A stretch of 64,000 bases of DNA, taken from positions 82,336,001 through 82,400,000 of the forward strand of contig CM060732.1 in the NCBI GenBank assembly GCA_030704615.1, written 5' to 3'. Below the pieces are notes generated by a model that had not been told where the DNA came from, made no database searches, and saw nothing but the letters and a program-made list of their open reading frames with translations. This DNA is from Takakia lepidozioides (Eukaryota > Plantae > Bryophyta). Position 1 is the first letter of the stretch. Each line of letters starts with the position of its first letter. Made by a program: the position numbers and the translations under genes. Positions 50,143-62,100 of this stretch are shown piece by piece.

Positions 50143-52328
50143 TCAGTATAGCCTGCCACTACATTTGGCTGAGCGGCACTCACAAGCCTTGGTGGCTATT
50201 TTCCCATTTGCATCTAACACACCATTCACAGTGTAGCCGTAGTCATAGGTGAGCTCCTTAAATGCCGGGATATTCTCTGTTGCAAACAACATCACATGTG
50301 GAAACCTGAAGTCATGGTGGTCGTAAAGAACACATTGTACAAATAAATTGGGGTTGCAGCTGTGATTGATGAAGCGAGCAAGGCTGCCAGATTTTCTGGC
50401 ATCTATCACAAACTCAGCAGAATCAGGCAAAGGGCAAGTTGGCGAATCCATGGTACTCTCATCGATCACATCTGAGACGTCCCCCCAGCGCTCTGCGTTC
50501 CCCTTCTTGAAATCGAGATTAAAGAGGTACTCATCATTCTCCAGCTCATTGGCTGTGCTGGCGGCTAGCATATCCCCTGTGTACTCTGCAACAAAGCTAC
50601 CCGACGGAATAATATCCCACGACCGCACACCCCAGCCAGTATTTGCTGTCTTGAAGACTTCCAGCCGGTGTTTCATACCCTTCTGACTCACTCTGTTATA
50701 GCAGTTTTCGTTGCACTTGCAGTTGGGACCACATTCATATACAACCTTCCGTGCCCTTACAAGATGTCCATTGTAATTGTAAGCCAGTTGGCCACCATGG
50801 TTTCTGGCCAGACAGGAGCAAGACTTTGCGTCATCGCATCCATCCTCACAATCACAGCACTGAGGGGCAGCAGGCCTTGGTATACTCAGTGGAAACCTCA
50901 CTGTTGTGGTGTACTCATAAGGCTCTGGAAGCCTCCTGTCTACATCCACTGTGTTGACGACGTACACGGGCAACCGTTCCATCTTGTAAGAGATGTCCTC
51001 TAAAACCACACCCTCGCGGAGAGATGAATTGTGGCTCAACCTGCCCATGAACTTCACAACATTTGACCCTAGCTCAGGCTGACCAGGCAGGCGGCGCAGG
51101 AAAAATTTAAATACCATGTATTTCTCTTTCCCCGAGTCTTCCATCCAGTACCTCTCAATCTTGTACAATCCATCATAGGAGTATATTTTACCGGAAGGAC
51201 TGCTCCCGGGCATCTTACATCCACGAATCACTCGAACAGGCAAATTTAGCTTGCAGCTGTTCTGCAGTGCTAAATTTCCTCTCTCGGCCTTTTGATCATA
51301 CCCCTCCCGCTTGTCAGCAAAGTAATTGTTTCCGCCCTGCCCTGTGTATACTAACGTTTCCCCGTTATCCTCATCATCATAGCCCCCAGAGACAATGACA
51401 CTGCATGCTACATGTTTCCCCCATTCAGATTCGGTACCAAGCCAGGCGATACCTCCTTGCGATTGGTTATGCAAACCAACCAAAAGAAGCTCGAACCTGT
51501 AGAAAAACTGGTCTCCCACCCTCACCCCTGGATGTATGCCCACACCTTTGAAACTGAACCGTTCCCCCCTGTTCAGAATCTCTTTTCCTGCCCTCTGTTC
51601 TGGTCTTGCCCCACTCGGACGGACTCCTGACTTGTGTAGAGTTTCTCGCTGATGCAGGAAAGACCGTCTGAGAGCATCAAAACGTTTCAGAATACCTTTC
51701 ACCTTGGTCCTGGCCTCCTCCTCATCTGCCTCTTCCAATTCCTCGCCGATAAATGTGACTGGCTCTGAAGGCGCTGTCTCCACACAAAATTGCGTGCTCT
51801 CTTCCTTGGCTGGTCCCTTCGCCTTACCCTTACCCTTCACAGCTTGCACCGTCACTGTCGACTTTTTTACTTCCCGTGGGTAGCACTCTGGTGGCCAGTC
51901 TCGTAAAGCGACAGGCTTAGGCTTCTTCACTACTGGGACGAAGGTAGACATGTCGATCTGCCTCCGTTTTCCAGCCTGCATTTACACACACCATTCAGCT
52001 CGCTGCTCAACATTCTAGTCAAACATCAACTCTCAAAACTACATCCCAGCGTCAGATACATCAACAATTTCTTTCACCGCTGCATGATTCAAATGCTCGT
52101 TGTACAGAAGACCCCCAGCAACCCTCGACTGACAGTTCCTCCACTTACGTCAGGAGAAAGCTCCATGCAGTCATCGTCCGAAAGGTTCGAATCGGAGAGG
52201 TGTTCCACAATCGCCAGATCGTTGTATGTGTCCATGATTTCCTTGTCAGCAACCTCGGAGCCGCATTCGGTTGCTACTGAAGGACCCTCCCTCGTACCCG
52301 AACCCTGAGGATCCAACCCCACTTCCAT
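50143..52328 (-). CDS. SUVH: SUVH-family histone H3K9 methyltransferase (SRA/YDG, pre-SET, SET, post-SET), about 670 aa, 2 exons
   Basis: Exon 1 52149-52328 (GAC|GTAAGT donor, phase 0) joins exon 2 50143-51975 (TGCAG|GCT). SRA motifs GVRVGDQF, SGGYDDED, YTGQGG, YSYDGLY; pre-SET Cys cluster; SET motifs GWGVRS, RFINHSCNPN, ELTYDYG; post-SET CECRSAKCSGRLY. Confidence 0.95.
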
Positions 52329-53008
52329 AGAATCTGCAGAATGTCTATCGCTGACAGCTCCTTGGAATGTGAGAGACAGATTCCCGCGAGTCCTAAGGCC
52401 TGATTGTAATTTGTGGGGCTCACATCAAAACATTTGCAATCGTCATATCTGACGGTTCCGACTGAAATAGTCACTGACAGTTACCTGAAAAAGTCTAACC
52501 TAAAGCCAATGCCCCAGCACTGAGCTCTTTGGCTTACGTGCGCTCTGTTTCTGAAGCCTTCCCTTCCCTTCCCTTCCCTCAGCGTTGTAAAGTGTCTTTC
52601 CTTATGCACCTTAGATACAGGGAGATGGGTTTGACAAATTTAGCACAAAATCCTCCCGACTCTGTTTGCCAGTGAACAAACATGCTTCTCCGCAGTGCAG
52701 GACGCGGATGTAGCAGCTGGTGTCGGTGACATGGGTTTACAAAGACGAGTATGGAGTGTTGGGTATGGGCATACTTCCTTCTCTCTTGTAATTCATTTGA
52801 ATTGGGTGTGAGGGTCCTTTTTGAACTTCAACAAGGCACGAAAACTCAACCTTGGGCAAGATGTAACTGGTGTTGCTCGGTGTAATGCTCACCAAGACGA
52901 ATCTGGAGTGTTGGGTATGGGCCTACTTCCCTGGAATGCCTTGAGAATACAGAAGGAGTAGTTAACAAATCTGTGTAGATGTAGCTGAATGCTGGTCTCT
53001 GTGAAGAG

Positions 53009-55027
53009 GTGACATTGAAGAGCCGAGAATGCTACTTGTATGATCCGTTGGATTCTGTGTCACGCAGGGCGGTCTGTAATCAAGCACAGGGGTTTATTGG
53101 GCAGCAAAGAGGGGGCAAGGGCGTGGATTTTGGTCTGGCCACAGACTCCAGTGCTTCTAACGGATGGAGAAGACAGAGACGAGTTTGGGAGGAAAACAAC
53201 AGTCACACTTGTGGAAGCAGAGGGTATGTCGGCACAGTTTACCATGAGAGACGATTGGAGGAGACAGTCCACAGGTTGGATGTGATGGAGCAACGAGGCT
53301 TTCGGCCATATTTTGAGACATGTGTGAGTCTCTTGCAGGAATGCGCAAAGACGAAGAACTTGGCTAAGGGCAAGGGGGTGCATGCTCACATCATCAAAAG
53401 TGGGTTCGAGCCAGACATCTTTCTGGGAAACACACTTGTCAGCATGTATTTCAAGTGTGGTAGTGTAATGGATGCACGCCAAGTTTTCACCAAAATGCCT
53501 AAGCGAGATGTCATCTCCTGGAATGCCATGATTGCAGGATTAGCTCAGCATGGTCATGGCGACGAGGCATTCCAACTTTTTTCTCACATGCAAAGAGAAG
53601 GCATGAGAACAGACAAGGTCACCTTCATAAGTATCCTCAAGGCATGTGTCACCCCAGCAGCTCTGGAACAGGGTAAGCGGCTCCATGCGGGCATCACCGA
53701 AGCTGGATTTGAATCAGATGTCCGAGTGGGGACCGCACTTGTCAGTATGTATTGCAAGTGCGGAAGTTTAGGGGATGCGCGCCAAGTGTTCTTCAAACTG
53801 CCTCAACGGAATGTGATCTCATGGAATGTGATGATTGCAGGATTAGCTCAGCATGGTCATGGCGAGGATGCTTTCCAACTCTTTTGGGAAATGCAAAGAG
53901 AAGGTATGAATGCAGACAAGATCACTTTCAATACCCTTCTCAAGGCATGTTTCTGTCCAGCTGCTCTGGAACAAGGCAAGCTGGTTCATGCAGGCATCAT
54001 CAAAGCTGGATTTGAGTCAGATGTCCGAGTGGGGACAGCACTTGTTAGCATGTACTGCAAGTGTGGTAGTGTGGAGGATGCGTGCCAAGTGTTCTTCAAA
54101 ATGCCTGAACGGAACTTGATCTCATGGAATACCATGATTGCAGGATTAGCACATTATGGTTCTAGTGAGGAGGCATTCCAACTCTTCTGGCAAATGGAAA
54201 GGGAAGGCATGAAGGCAGACAATGTCACTTTCATTAGCATTCTTGATGCATGTTCAATGCTAGCAGATGGCAAGCGAGTCCATGCCTGCATTATTAAAGC
54301 TGGGTTTGAGTCAGATGTCCGAGTGGGGACTTCACTTGTGAGCATGTATTGCAAGTGCCAGAGTCTGGAGGATGCTCGACAAGTGTTTGAGAAGATGCCT
54401 CAGAGAGATGTGATTTCATGGACTGCTATGATTGCAGGATTGGCTCAGGAAGGGCATGGTGCAGAGGCATTGCAACTCTTTCAGCAAATGCAACAAGAAG
54501 GTGTGCAGCCAGATAAGGTTACTTTCATTTGCATCCTGAACATATGCTCCAGCCTAGCAGCTCTGGAGGAAGGCAAGAAGGTCCACATCAACATCATAAA
54601 ATCTGGATGTGATTCAGATGCCCGAGTATGTAAGGCCCTTGTCGACATGTATGCCAAGTGTGGGAGTCTGGCAGATGCACAGCAAGTGTTTGACAATAAC
54701 CGGGAACGAGACATTGATGCATGGAATGCGATGATTGTAGGTTGTGTCCAGCATGGGCAAGGTAAGGAGGCCCTCCAACTCTTTGCACAAATGCAAGAGG
54801 AAAGTGTGAAGCCAGATGCCGTCACTTTCGATGGTGTTCTCTCTGCATGCAACAAAATGGGCCTAGCGGATGCGGGTCATCGTTACTTCCTCTCCATGAG
54901 CCAAGATTACGGCATCACACCAACAGCAAAGCATAATAGCTGCATGGTTGACCTTCTTGGTCATGCAGGAGGCTTGGAAGAAGCAAAGGAATTCAGCAAC
55001 AAATTGGCAACTGAGCCAGGTGCTTAG
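53009..55027 (+). CDS. PLS-class pentatricopeptide repeat protein, truncated at the start of the E domain
   Basis: About five P-L-S triplets (DVISWNAMIAGLAQHG; DKVTFISILKAC; DVRVGTALVSMYCKCGS). Start is uncertain (first in-frame ATG about 53285). The TAG falls in EPGA*MWGALL. Confidence 0.9.
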   Translation: MTLKSRECYLYDPLDSVSRRAVCNQAQGFIGQQRGGKGVDFGLATDSSASNGWRRQRRVWEENNSHTCGSRGYVGTVYHERRLEETVHRLDVMEQRGFRPYFETCVSLLQECAKTKNLAKGKGVHAHIIKSGFEPDIFLGNTLVSMYFKCGSVMDARQVFTKMPKRDVISWNAMIAGLAQHGHGDEAFQLFSHMQREGMRTDKVTFISILKACVTPAALEQGKRLHAGITEAGFESDVRVGTALVSMYCKCGSLGDARQVFFKLPQRNVISWNVMIAGLAQHGHGEDAFQLFWEMQREGMNADKITFNTLLKACFCPAALEQGKLVHAGIIKAGFESDVRVGTALVSMYCKCGSVEDACQVFFKMPERNLISWNTMIAGLAHYGSSEEAFQLFWQMEREGMKADNVTFISILDACSMLADGKRVHACIIKAGFESDVRVGTSLVSMYCKCQSLEDARQVFEKMPQRDVISWTAMIAGLAQEGHGAEALQLFQQMQQEGVQPDKVTFICILNICSSLAALEEGKKVHINIIKSGCDSDARVCKALVDMYAKCGSLADAQQVFDNNRERDIDAWNAMIVGCVQHGQGKEALQLFAQMQEESVKPDAVTFDGVLSACNKMGLADAGHRYFLSMSQDYGITPTAKHNSCMVDLLGHAGGLEEAKEFSNKLATEPGA

Positions 55028-55165
55028 ATGTGGGGTGCCTTGCTTGTACAGAGCCTGCAGATTACTTGGGAATGTGGAACTACCAGAAACGCAGCAGATT
55101 GTATCCTCAAGTTGAAACCACAATTTGCAGCAGGGCATGTGCTGGCTTCAAACATCCATTCTGGG
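55028..55165 (+). pseudogene. Decayed PPR E-domain sequence downstream of the stop
   Basis: MWGALL-[+4 nt]-RACRLLGNVELPE-[frameshift]-AADCILKLKPQFAAGHVLASNIHS matches the E1/E2 consensus WGALLGACRIHGNVELAE..A...LxLEP..AA.YVLLSNIYA. Confidence 0.8.
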
Positions 55166-56304
55166 CTAGCGAGTGGGATAAGCAGTAAGACTAAAGAAAT
55201 AGATTGATCAATAAGGACAGCATACACATCACACCAGCAAAGAGGTGGCCATTTCTTTGGGGCTTATCAACACCCCCCCTGGACCCAAACTGCATAAGAA
55301 AGAACCTTCGGGTATTTGGAGATCGCCACACAGCCACCAAATTGTTCTCCAAGATTGTTGGGTAAGAAGTCGCCGAAGGAATGCGAACTGTTCCAACTCA
55401 AAGAACGGGTTTTGTTCTTTTTGGGATTCGTGGTGATGAGGACACAAGTGCTCGGTCAAAGTCTTGTAAGCTGTCTGGCTAGGGACACTCCAGTTCTCAT
55501 GGATAAAGACTTTCTTGCCCTCTGTGGACTAAAGGACTGCCAAAGGGCCTCCTGACGATGGGCACTGAGAGGAAGTTCAAGCCTCAAGAGTAAGTTGCAT
55601 ACCTCTCGACAGTCCGGGTCAATCCAATGTTCAGAAAATGAAGCACTTGGTACTCTGTCAGACTGCACAGTGTAAAAGCTAAATCAATTTTCTAGAGCAG
55701 AACCGTGACAAAAGAGTGTGGTTGTACAATATGTACAACTAGGCACATAAACCTACTCCACAAAAATTGAAAATAAATCTAAGAGAGTGTGTGTGGGACA
55801 AAAACATACCATAGGTGGCAGTGATCGCCCACATAAACCTAAGTACACAAGTACTTCAAATTAAATTTGAGAGAGAGAGAGAGAAAAGTAGCATATGTGT
55901 GTATGCTTCTACTTGCCAAACCCTAAGACATTAAAATTAAAATTAAATATACAGCATAGAGATATATATAGAGAAAGATCATTTATGCTTGTCAAATCCC
56001 ATAACATATATGTGGAAGTGCTAAAGTCTCTCTAAAACCTTGTCACTAGGAGAGTATCTAGCAATGAAAGATATTTCAAAACGCATCTTATATTGCGGAA
56101 TGCTTGCATGTAATCTGATGAACAATCGGTCAAAAATTCAAAAATGAATGGCTATGGTCGGTCATCGTTATAATGACACTTTATAACTATAGTTGTTTGT
56201 TTTATTAGTTTATCATAATAATAATGCACACACAAATCAATGCGTATTAATGATATCTCATCCACTTAATATACAATGCATAATCATTTACCATCCAAAA
56301 TTCA

Positions 56305-56810
56305 ACGGCCGTTCCATTCCGTCCAACGGTGCATGTCCCTTACCAACCAACGGGAAAAACCGGCAGCTAGTTACATGCTAGCCGACTGATTATGAGGATT
56401 TCCGAGTGAAAATTGAAACCTTCGGAAATTTATCGAGTATATTCACATAGGAAATTGACTATTGCAGTTACCATTAAGGGGAAGCAACCGACTCCCCAAC
56501 CCACTTAGCCGGTTGGTTTTCAGAATGAGGGGCCATTGGCTGGTTCAACTGAAATTATTTCCCGGACGCTGTCCCTTACCATCCAAAGTCCAACGGTTAC
56601 ACAACCATTTACCATCCAAAACTCAATGGCCGTTCCATTCCGTCCAACGGTGCATGTCCCTTACCATCCAAAGTTCAACGGTTGCACAACCATTTACCAT
56701 CCAAAACTCAATGGCCGTTCCCTTCCGTCCAACGGTGCATGTCCTTACCATCCAAAGTTCAACGGTGGTTTGCGTCCAACGGATGGTGGTTTGCGTCCAA
56801 CGGATGGTAG
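56305..56810 (+). repeat. Tandem repeat array built on CCATCCAAA(A/G)TTCAACGG / CGTCCAACGG motifs
   Basis: ~89-bp unit at about 56575-56660 and 56665-56750, a further copy at 56305-56345, and 21-bp subrepeats at 56765-56810. Confidence 0.8.
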
Positions 56811-57524
56811 TCTTTATCCAATGGACGATAAATTTTAATAGATCTTTCATAGCATTAATTGCTAGGGGATAATTGCACACTATAAGAATTACAAGCCCTC
56901 ATTTGAACGTGCACTTCTTCCACGAGCTCTCAAGGTAAGCCTCCACTATGCCTCCTTGTTGTATTGCAATGTTTTTTCATTTTATTCTTTTATTTTGTAC
57001 TTTGGTGTTTATTTTTTGTTTTTATTTTGTGATCTTAAGTCTAAGGGTGGAGTGTTTGTTGCAGGAAGGACATACGTTGCAAATACGGATCGGCCCGTCG
57101 GCGAGAATCGCAGTACGAACGTGTCGTCATTATACTTGTCGGGTATGATGTTTCTACCATCTACGATATTATGATTTTGACATTCATAAGTAATGTAACT
57201 TTGGGATTATACAATTGTGTAAAATACAATTGAATATGCTTGAATATATATACATATATATTTATATATAGAATATACCATCTTCGAATGAATAAATATT
57301 ACAAGTGTAAATATTTGTTATCCGATATTATTTTTGGATAACATGAAGATGAGATCTCACATACAAATATTTACGTGGATTTTGGATCCTACTAAGAATT
57401 TGGATGCCGCACTTTTTTATTGACTTAAAAATGTCGGTTTTTCAATGCATCGCGTACTACTTTATCAAGATGGGATATTATTTTCAATCAGTAAGTGACA
57501 TATTATTAAAGCATTATGAATCAA

Positions 57525-57706
57525 GACACCAAGTTGTAGCCCGGTGATAATGGGCACATACCACCTACGGAAGTGGTTGTGGGTTCAATCCGCCCTTGGT
57601 GTCACAAAGGTGTCCACCTTCCTAGCGGAAGGCAATAATCCTTCGGGATGAAGAAACGCCATAATTTACGCTTCCTTCGGGAGGCGTCAAATATTTAATA
57701 TTAAAT
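57525..57706 (+). mobile_element. tRNA-derived SINE (type A)
   Basis: A-box TAGCCCGGTGA, B-box GGTTCAATCC, 3' hairpin ACGCTTCC-TTCG-GGAGGCGT and an AT-rich tail. 12-bp TSD ATTATGAATCAA at 57513-57524 and 57707-57718. Confidence 0.85.
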
Positions 57707-57955
57707 ATTATGAATCAAACAATACTTTTAGGGTTTAGGCGATACTATGGATCAACCCTTTCATTACTTTATTACTGATTGTATTGAGTCCATATACCTC
57801 CAATGATATGTGAACGACTTAAATTATATATTATCAATTGATTGGGCATTATTATGGTCGGTGCACCTATTCAATAGCTGCTTGAATATGTAAATTGTTA
57901 CATATTCAATGTTGGATGGGACACGATGAATCTCATTCATTATTCTGGTTCAAAC

Positions 57956-58563
57956 CAGTATTGTACTGTTATGTCCATTTTAACATATCAGACTGGTCAT
58001 GGTATGCCTAATGGACCTTTAATGCCAAGCTGATAGTGCCTAGTGTAGATCCACAGTGGCCGTGTGGGTAGGGTACATGGCTGGTATGAGTATTCATATG
58101 TAGGACATACCCTGATCCTAGGCATGAGTAAGTCAAATTTTAAATGGAGATACTAGGTCTATATGTGCAACTGTATGGTATGTACATATTAGAAGTATAT
58201 ATTGTGTATAGATAGGATATGTAGAGAATGATTTCTTCATTTTTTTTTAATAAAATTTGCAAAGATATAGTGCTATTTTCTACATTAATGCACAAATGTG
58301 AATAAGGATAAGCACAAAAAAAATGTATCGTTACACATACCTATGCTAGCTTGGGTTCATCAATCCTCACTACATGTTTCAAGCCGAGTATGAAAATAGT
58401 CCATACTTAGACTGGTATGGTAGGTAGGGAGTAGGTCCAATGTTCAAAACCTGGGGGTCCAGGGTATAGTCGGGGTATAAGCCCCAAGACATACCCAACC
58501 GGTCTGTTCTACAATACCATTTACTCATACTTAGGCGCAAAGTAATATATCAGTACAACACTG
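57956..58563. mobile_element. hAT-type MITE
   Basis: 13-bp TIR CAGTATTGTACTG / CAGTACAACACTG (1 mismatch); decayed 8-bp TSD GTTCAAAC/TTTCGAAC. Confidence 0.65.
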
Positions 58564-58617
58564 TTTCGAACATGAAAGAATATTATTTATGCAAATTACA
58601 TTAGAACAAACGGAATC

Positions 58618-58710
58618 ATATATATATATATAACGCCAACCAAAGCTAGCATAAATAAGAACCTCTTCCCCTTGCGGGTACTGCCTCATTTCAGGGGTGG
58701 GCTCTATCCG
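58618..58710 (-). mobile_element. 3' end of SINE-like element type B with (TA)n tail
   Basis: Homologous to 5170-5262 (acgccaacc.aagctag..taaataaga.cctcttcc..ggggtgggctct). Confidence 0.55.
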
Positions 58711-58787
58711 ACGGAGTCACTGATTACATGGGACTATCATAACAATGTTAATTCAGTAGGTGGTGGATAAAAATATTATGTCACAAT

Positions 58788-58939
58788 GACAACCAAGTTG
58801 TAGCCCAGTTGTAATGGATACATACCATCTCGGAAATGGTTGTGAGTTGAATCCACCGATTGGTGTCACAAAAGTGTTCACCTTCATACTGGAAGGCAGT
58901 AGCCCTTCGTGTCAAGAAACACCATTATTTTACGCTTCA
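58788..58939 (+). mobile_element. tRNA-derived SINE (type A), 3'-truncated
   Basis: gacaaccaagttgtagcccagttgtaatgg...gagttgaatcc...ttacgcttc, aligned by eye to 57525-57680. Confidence 0.75.
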
Positions 58940-59116
58940 CTAACCCGCATATTGAATAGGAATATAATAGGTCTAATCATGTAATAGTTAAAATTTTGCA
59001 AACCTACTATTTTGATATACATAAGATTTTTGTTTGTTTGCTATTGTGTGTTGGCGGATCAATATGTAAAATTGTGATGGGTTCAACATGATTATTACTG
59101 TCAAATAAAGTATGGA

Positions 59117-62100
59117 ATGCGACTCTTCCGGTTTGCTCCTCGGTTTGAGCCAGATCGTAGACCTCCACCAAGACCTCCACCAAGACCTCCACGTCGTCGA
59201 GCCCCTGACATTGTTCCGACCCTGGCCACCCCATGGACATGACAATTACATTTCAGTGGATCTGGTAGTCGACTGATACATCAGACAGTTGCATTAGAGT
59301 TGCATCAAGATATCGCTGGTCCTTCGATCATACCTATTGGAGCCTCCATTCCATGTCGCATTATTATTGATGATGATGATGATGATGAGGTTCTTCATCG
59401 TGAAGACACGTATCCCGTTCCTGACCCAAATGTTCACCCCCCTCTTACTGAGAATGAGTTTGGTGCGGCATTGGAGAGTATTGAGCTAGTAATTCATGGT
59501 CACAGTGATATACCCAAGATGACTCCAGCTCATAGTATAGTCTCTATGACTGTTGATGTCGATGTGAATATTGCCCATACTATATAGTCAGGTCATGTTG
59601 ACATGCATGCACCCATACGTGTCCCTATTGACCCGCATTCATACGTCAGATGGTTTGTTACTCCGGTGCCGAGCTCTCGTCAGAGATTGTCCATATGTGA
59701 TTTAGAGGCGGGTTCTGGTGCATATGACCGTCGTAGGTGACAGTACTGGTGGGGCATGACCTATCTGGCATCTGTTGTCAATTGGTGTACCGATGGCTGA
59801 ATGTCATGATAGTGAGATCTCTAGGGTCATTCAATACATTGGCCAGAGTACATAGCACCGTCATTTGGCACACGTCGACATTGTTCAGACTTGGGATGTA
59901 TGGCATATTATTCGTGACTGTGAGGCAGAGCGTGTATTGACAAAGATACGACAATGTTTTGACCCTACACGGATTGCGGCATTGATGGTTGATACTGGGA
60001 CGACTCACAACACTTTGAGATTTCTTAAGTCGTTTGACGTGTATGACGTTTTCAAGAACGTTAATTCCACAAATGTCGTACAACGGATGAAGGTTAGTTT
60101 TAATTTATTGGTTTGTGCATACATATTTATATTACGTTTGTGAGTTTATTGTTGTTATATTTAGGAGTTCTATACCGAGGCTTCAGCATCAGGGCTTGGT
60201 TGGGGCCGCACGGATGGTGTTACATGTGGTGTGCAAATTGATAGCATTGAGGCATGGGTCACATATATGATATTGTGTTATCAGAAGCGCTATGGTTGCC
60301 GAGTTGGTGATGAAGTAGTTGTCAAACTTGGTATCGACTCGCGACTCCACTATGGCGAAGGCGGACATGTTTATTCAATTCCAAACATTTGGTTGCAGTA
60401 ACGTAATCTTTATAACCATTGTAAGATACACGTCACTCCATTCATGTTAATTATTAATGTGATTATTTTTCTTTCAAGTATGTGATGTTGCATTGGAGTT
60501 GCTTTTTGACCGCGGGTTGTTATAATGTATATCCATTGCCAAGTGGGAGGGTAAGGATGCTGGCCCTGAGGTTATCGCTCATATTGCCAACACGGAGGCG
60601 TTTCCGGTTGGAGGTCATCTCTTCGACCAGTTGGGGCAATTTATGACACATGGGCTGAGCATGTCACATGGACGTCATGTACGCTTCACTCTTGTGGAGT
60701 GTCATGATCTACATTGTATATATGCTCTCGTTTGCAGAGGTGGAGTGTCCGCCACTGGCACATCGTTTTGCCCTTGGTACCGTTACCAAAGCCACTTCCA
60801 GCTACATCACTCACCTACATGTGGTTGAGCCTTTTGATATCATTTTGTCCGTGTCAACTCGGTATGCTACTCGAATTGACATCATTATGGTACGTGTTGA
60901 TAAATTCATCATACAATTTATATATATATAATTTTGTTCAAAATATCAATGATAAGTTCTGTATAAATCAATGAAGTCTCATTGGTCATTTTCATGTTAC
61001 TAATATGTAAGTTGATGCGATGTGTCAGGAATTGAACCCATGGTTTGAAGGGATGTCATACGATGAGCCCATTAGCTGTTGTACAGAGGCATACCGTGAA
61101 AAGGCCACACATATGAAGGTATTGCGAAATTGGCCCATGGATCGTGCTAACTCGAGCAAGGTAATTTGTCTACCCAATGTTTAAATGATATTCAATGTTT
61201 GTAAATTATATTATTTTATTTTATAAATCGTTATTTGTATGATGTATATGATAAGCAGACACTACAGTGTCACTGTTTTATTATATTACTAATTTGTGTT
61301 GTAAATACATTCAAATTTAGGTGAACCCCCCCCCCCCCCGCCCATGAGTGCATTATCATATTGCGCCAAGCATGCCATCATCCGCACCGTGCTTAAGATA
61401 ATGCGATACTTGCAGAGGATGGCACATGAGGCAGACAAGATCCATCATGTTCCAACAGACGTCCCAAGTCGGTTCCGACAGATACATAACCTCCTCATGG
61501 TAATTTATTTTTCAGAACTATATATAATTATTAATTTAGTAATGTACCATAATATAATTATACTAGATATTACATGCTCATATCATATGGATTTAATTAT
61601 TTTTCATTGCATACCATAACAATATTTTAATACGAGTTTGTGGTGAAATGATATGCATGTAGGGGCCAGAATTTCAAGTTTCATGTCGGGTGGATACTCA
61701 TACTTACAAAGGCACCAAGTACACGGATATCTTGTATGGGCAATCGGATGGTGTGATCTCCGATAGGATATTGGCGCAACATCGATTGTTTCTTTCGGTA
61801 AAATCGAAAACTATATATTGTCTTTGATAATTTTCATGTTTATGGAACGTCCATTATATATATTATGTTATTGTTTTATATATAATATGATTGTGGTGTG
61901 TGTAGATCATCGCAGGCTTTCCTACCCCCGACCGCTTTGAGTACACTCAAAAAATGTGGGATTGTTATCAGCGATTTGACTACATACAACAACATTATGA
62001 TGCATTGGAAGCAGGCACTGAGCCTACTGGCGAAGATTTGTTCGTAAATTTTCACATGCATTGGTTCATACAAATTGGTTTATTGGTATCCACAAATATT

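Noticed and set aside
56878-56890. CACTATAAGAA resembling a CACTA terminus (also CACTACAAGA near 42147)
   Set aside because: No matching opposite TIR or TSD in the window
57525-57605. Possible tRNA genes (also near 39160-39236 and 58788-58865)
   Set aside because: No proper cloverleaf or acceptor stem; they have an extra ~100-bp body, tail and TSDs, so they are SINEs
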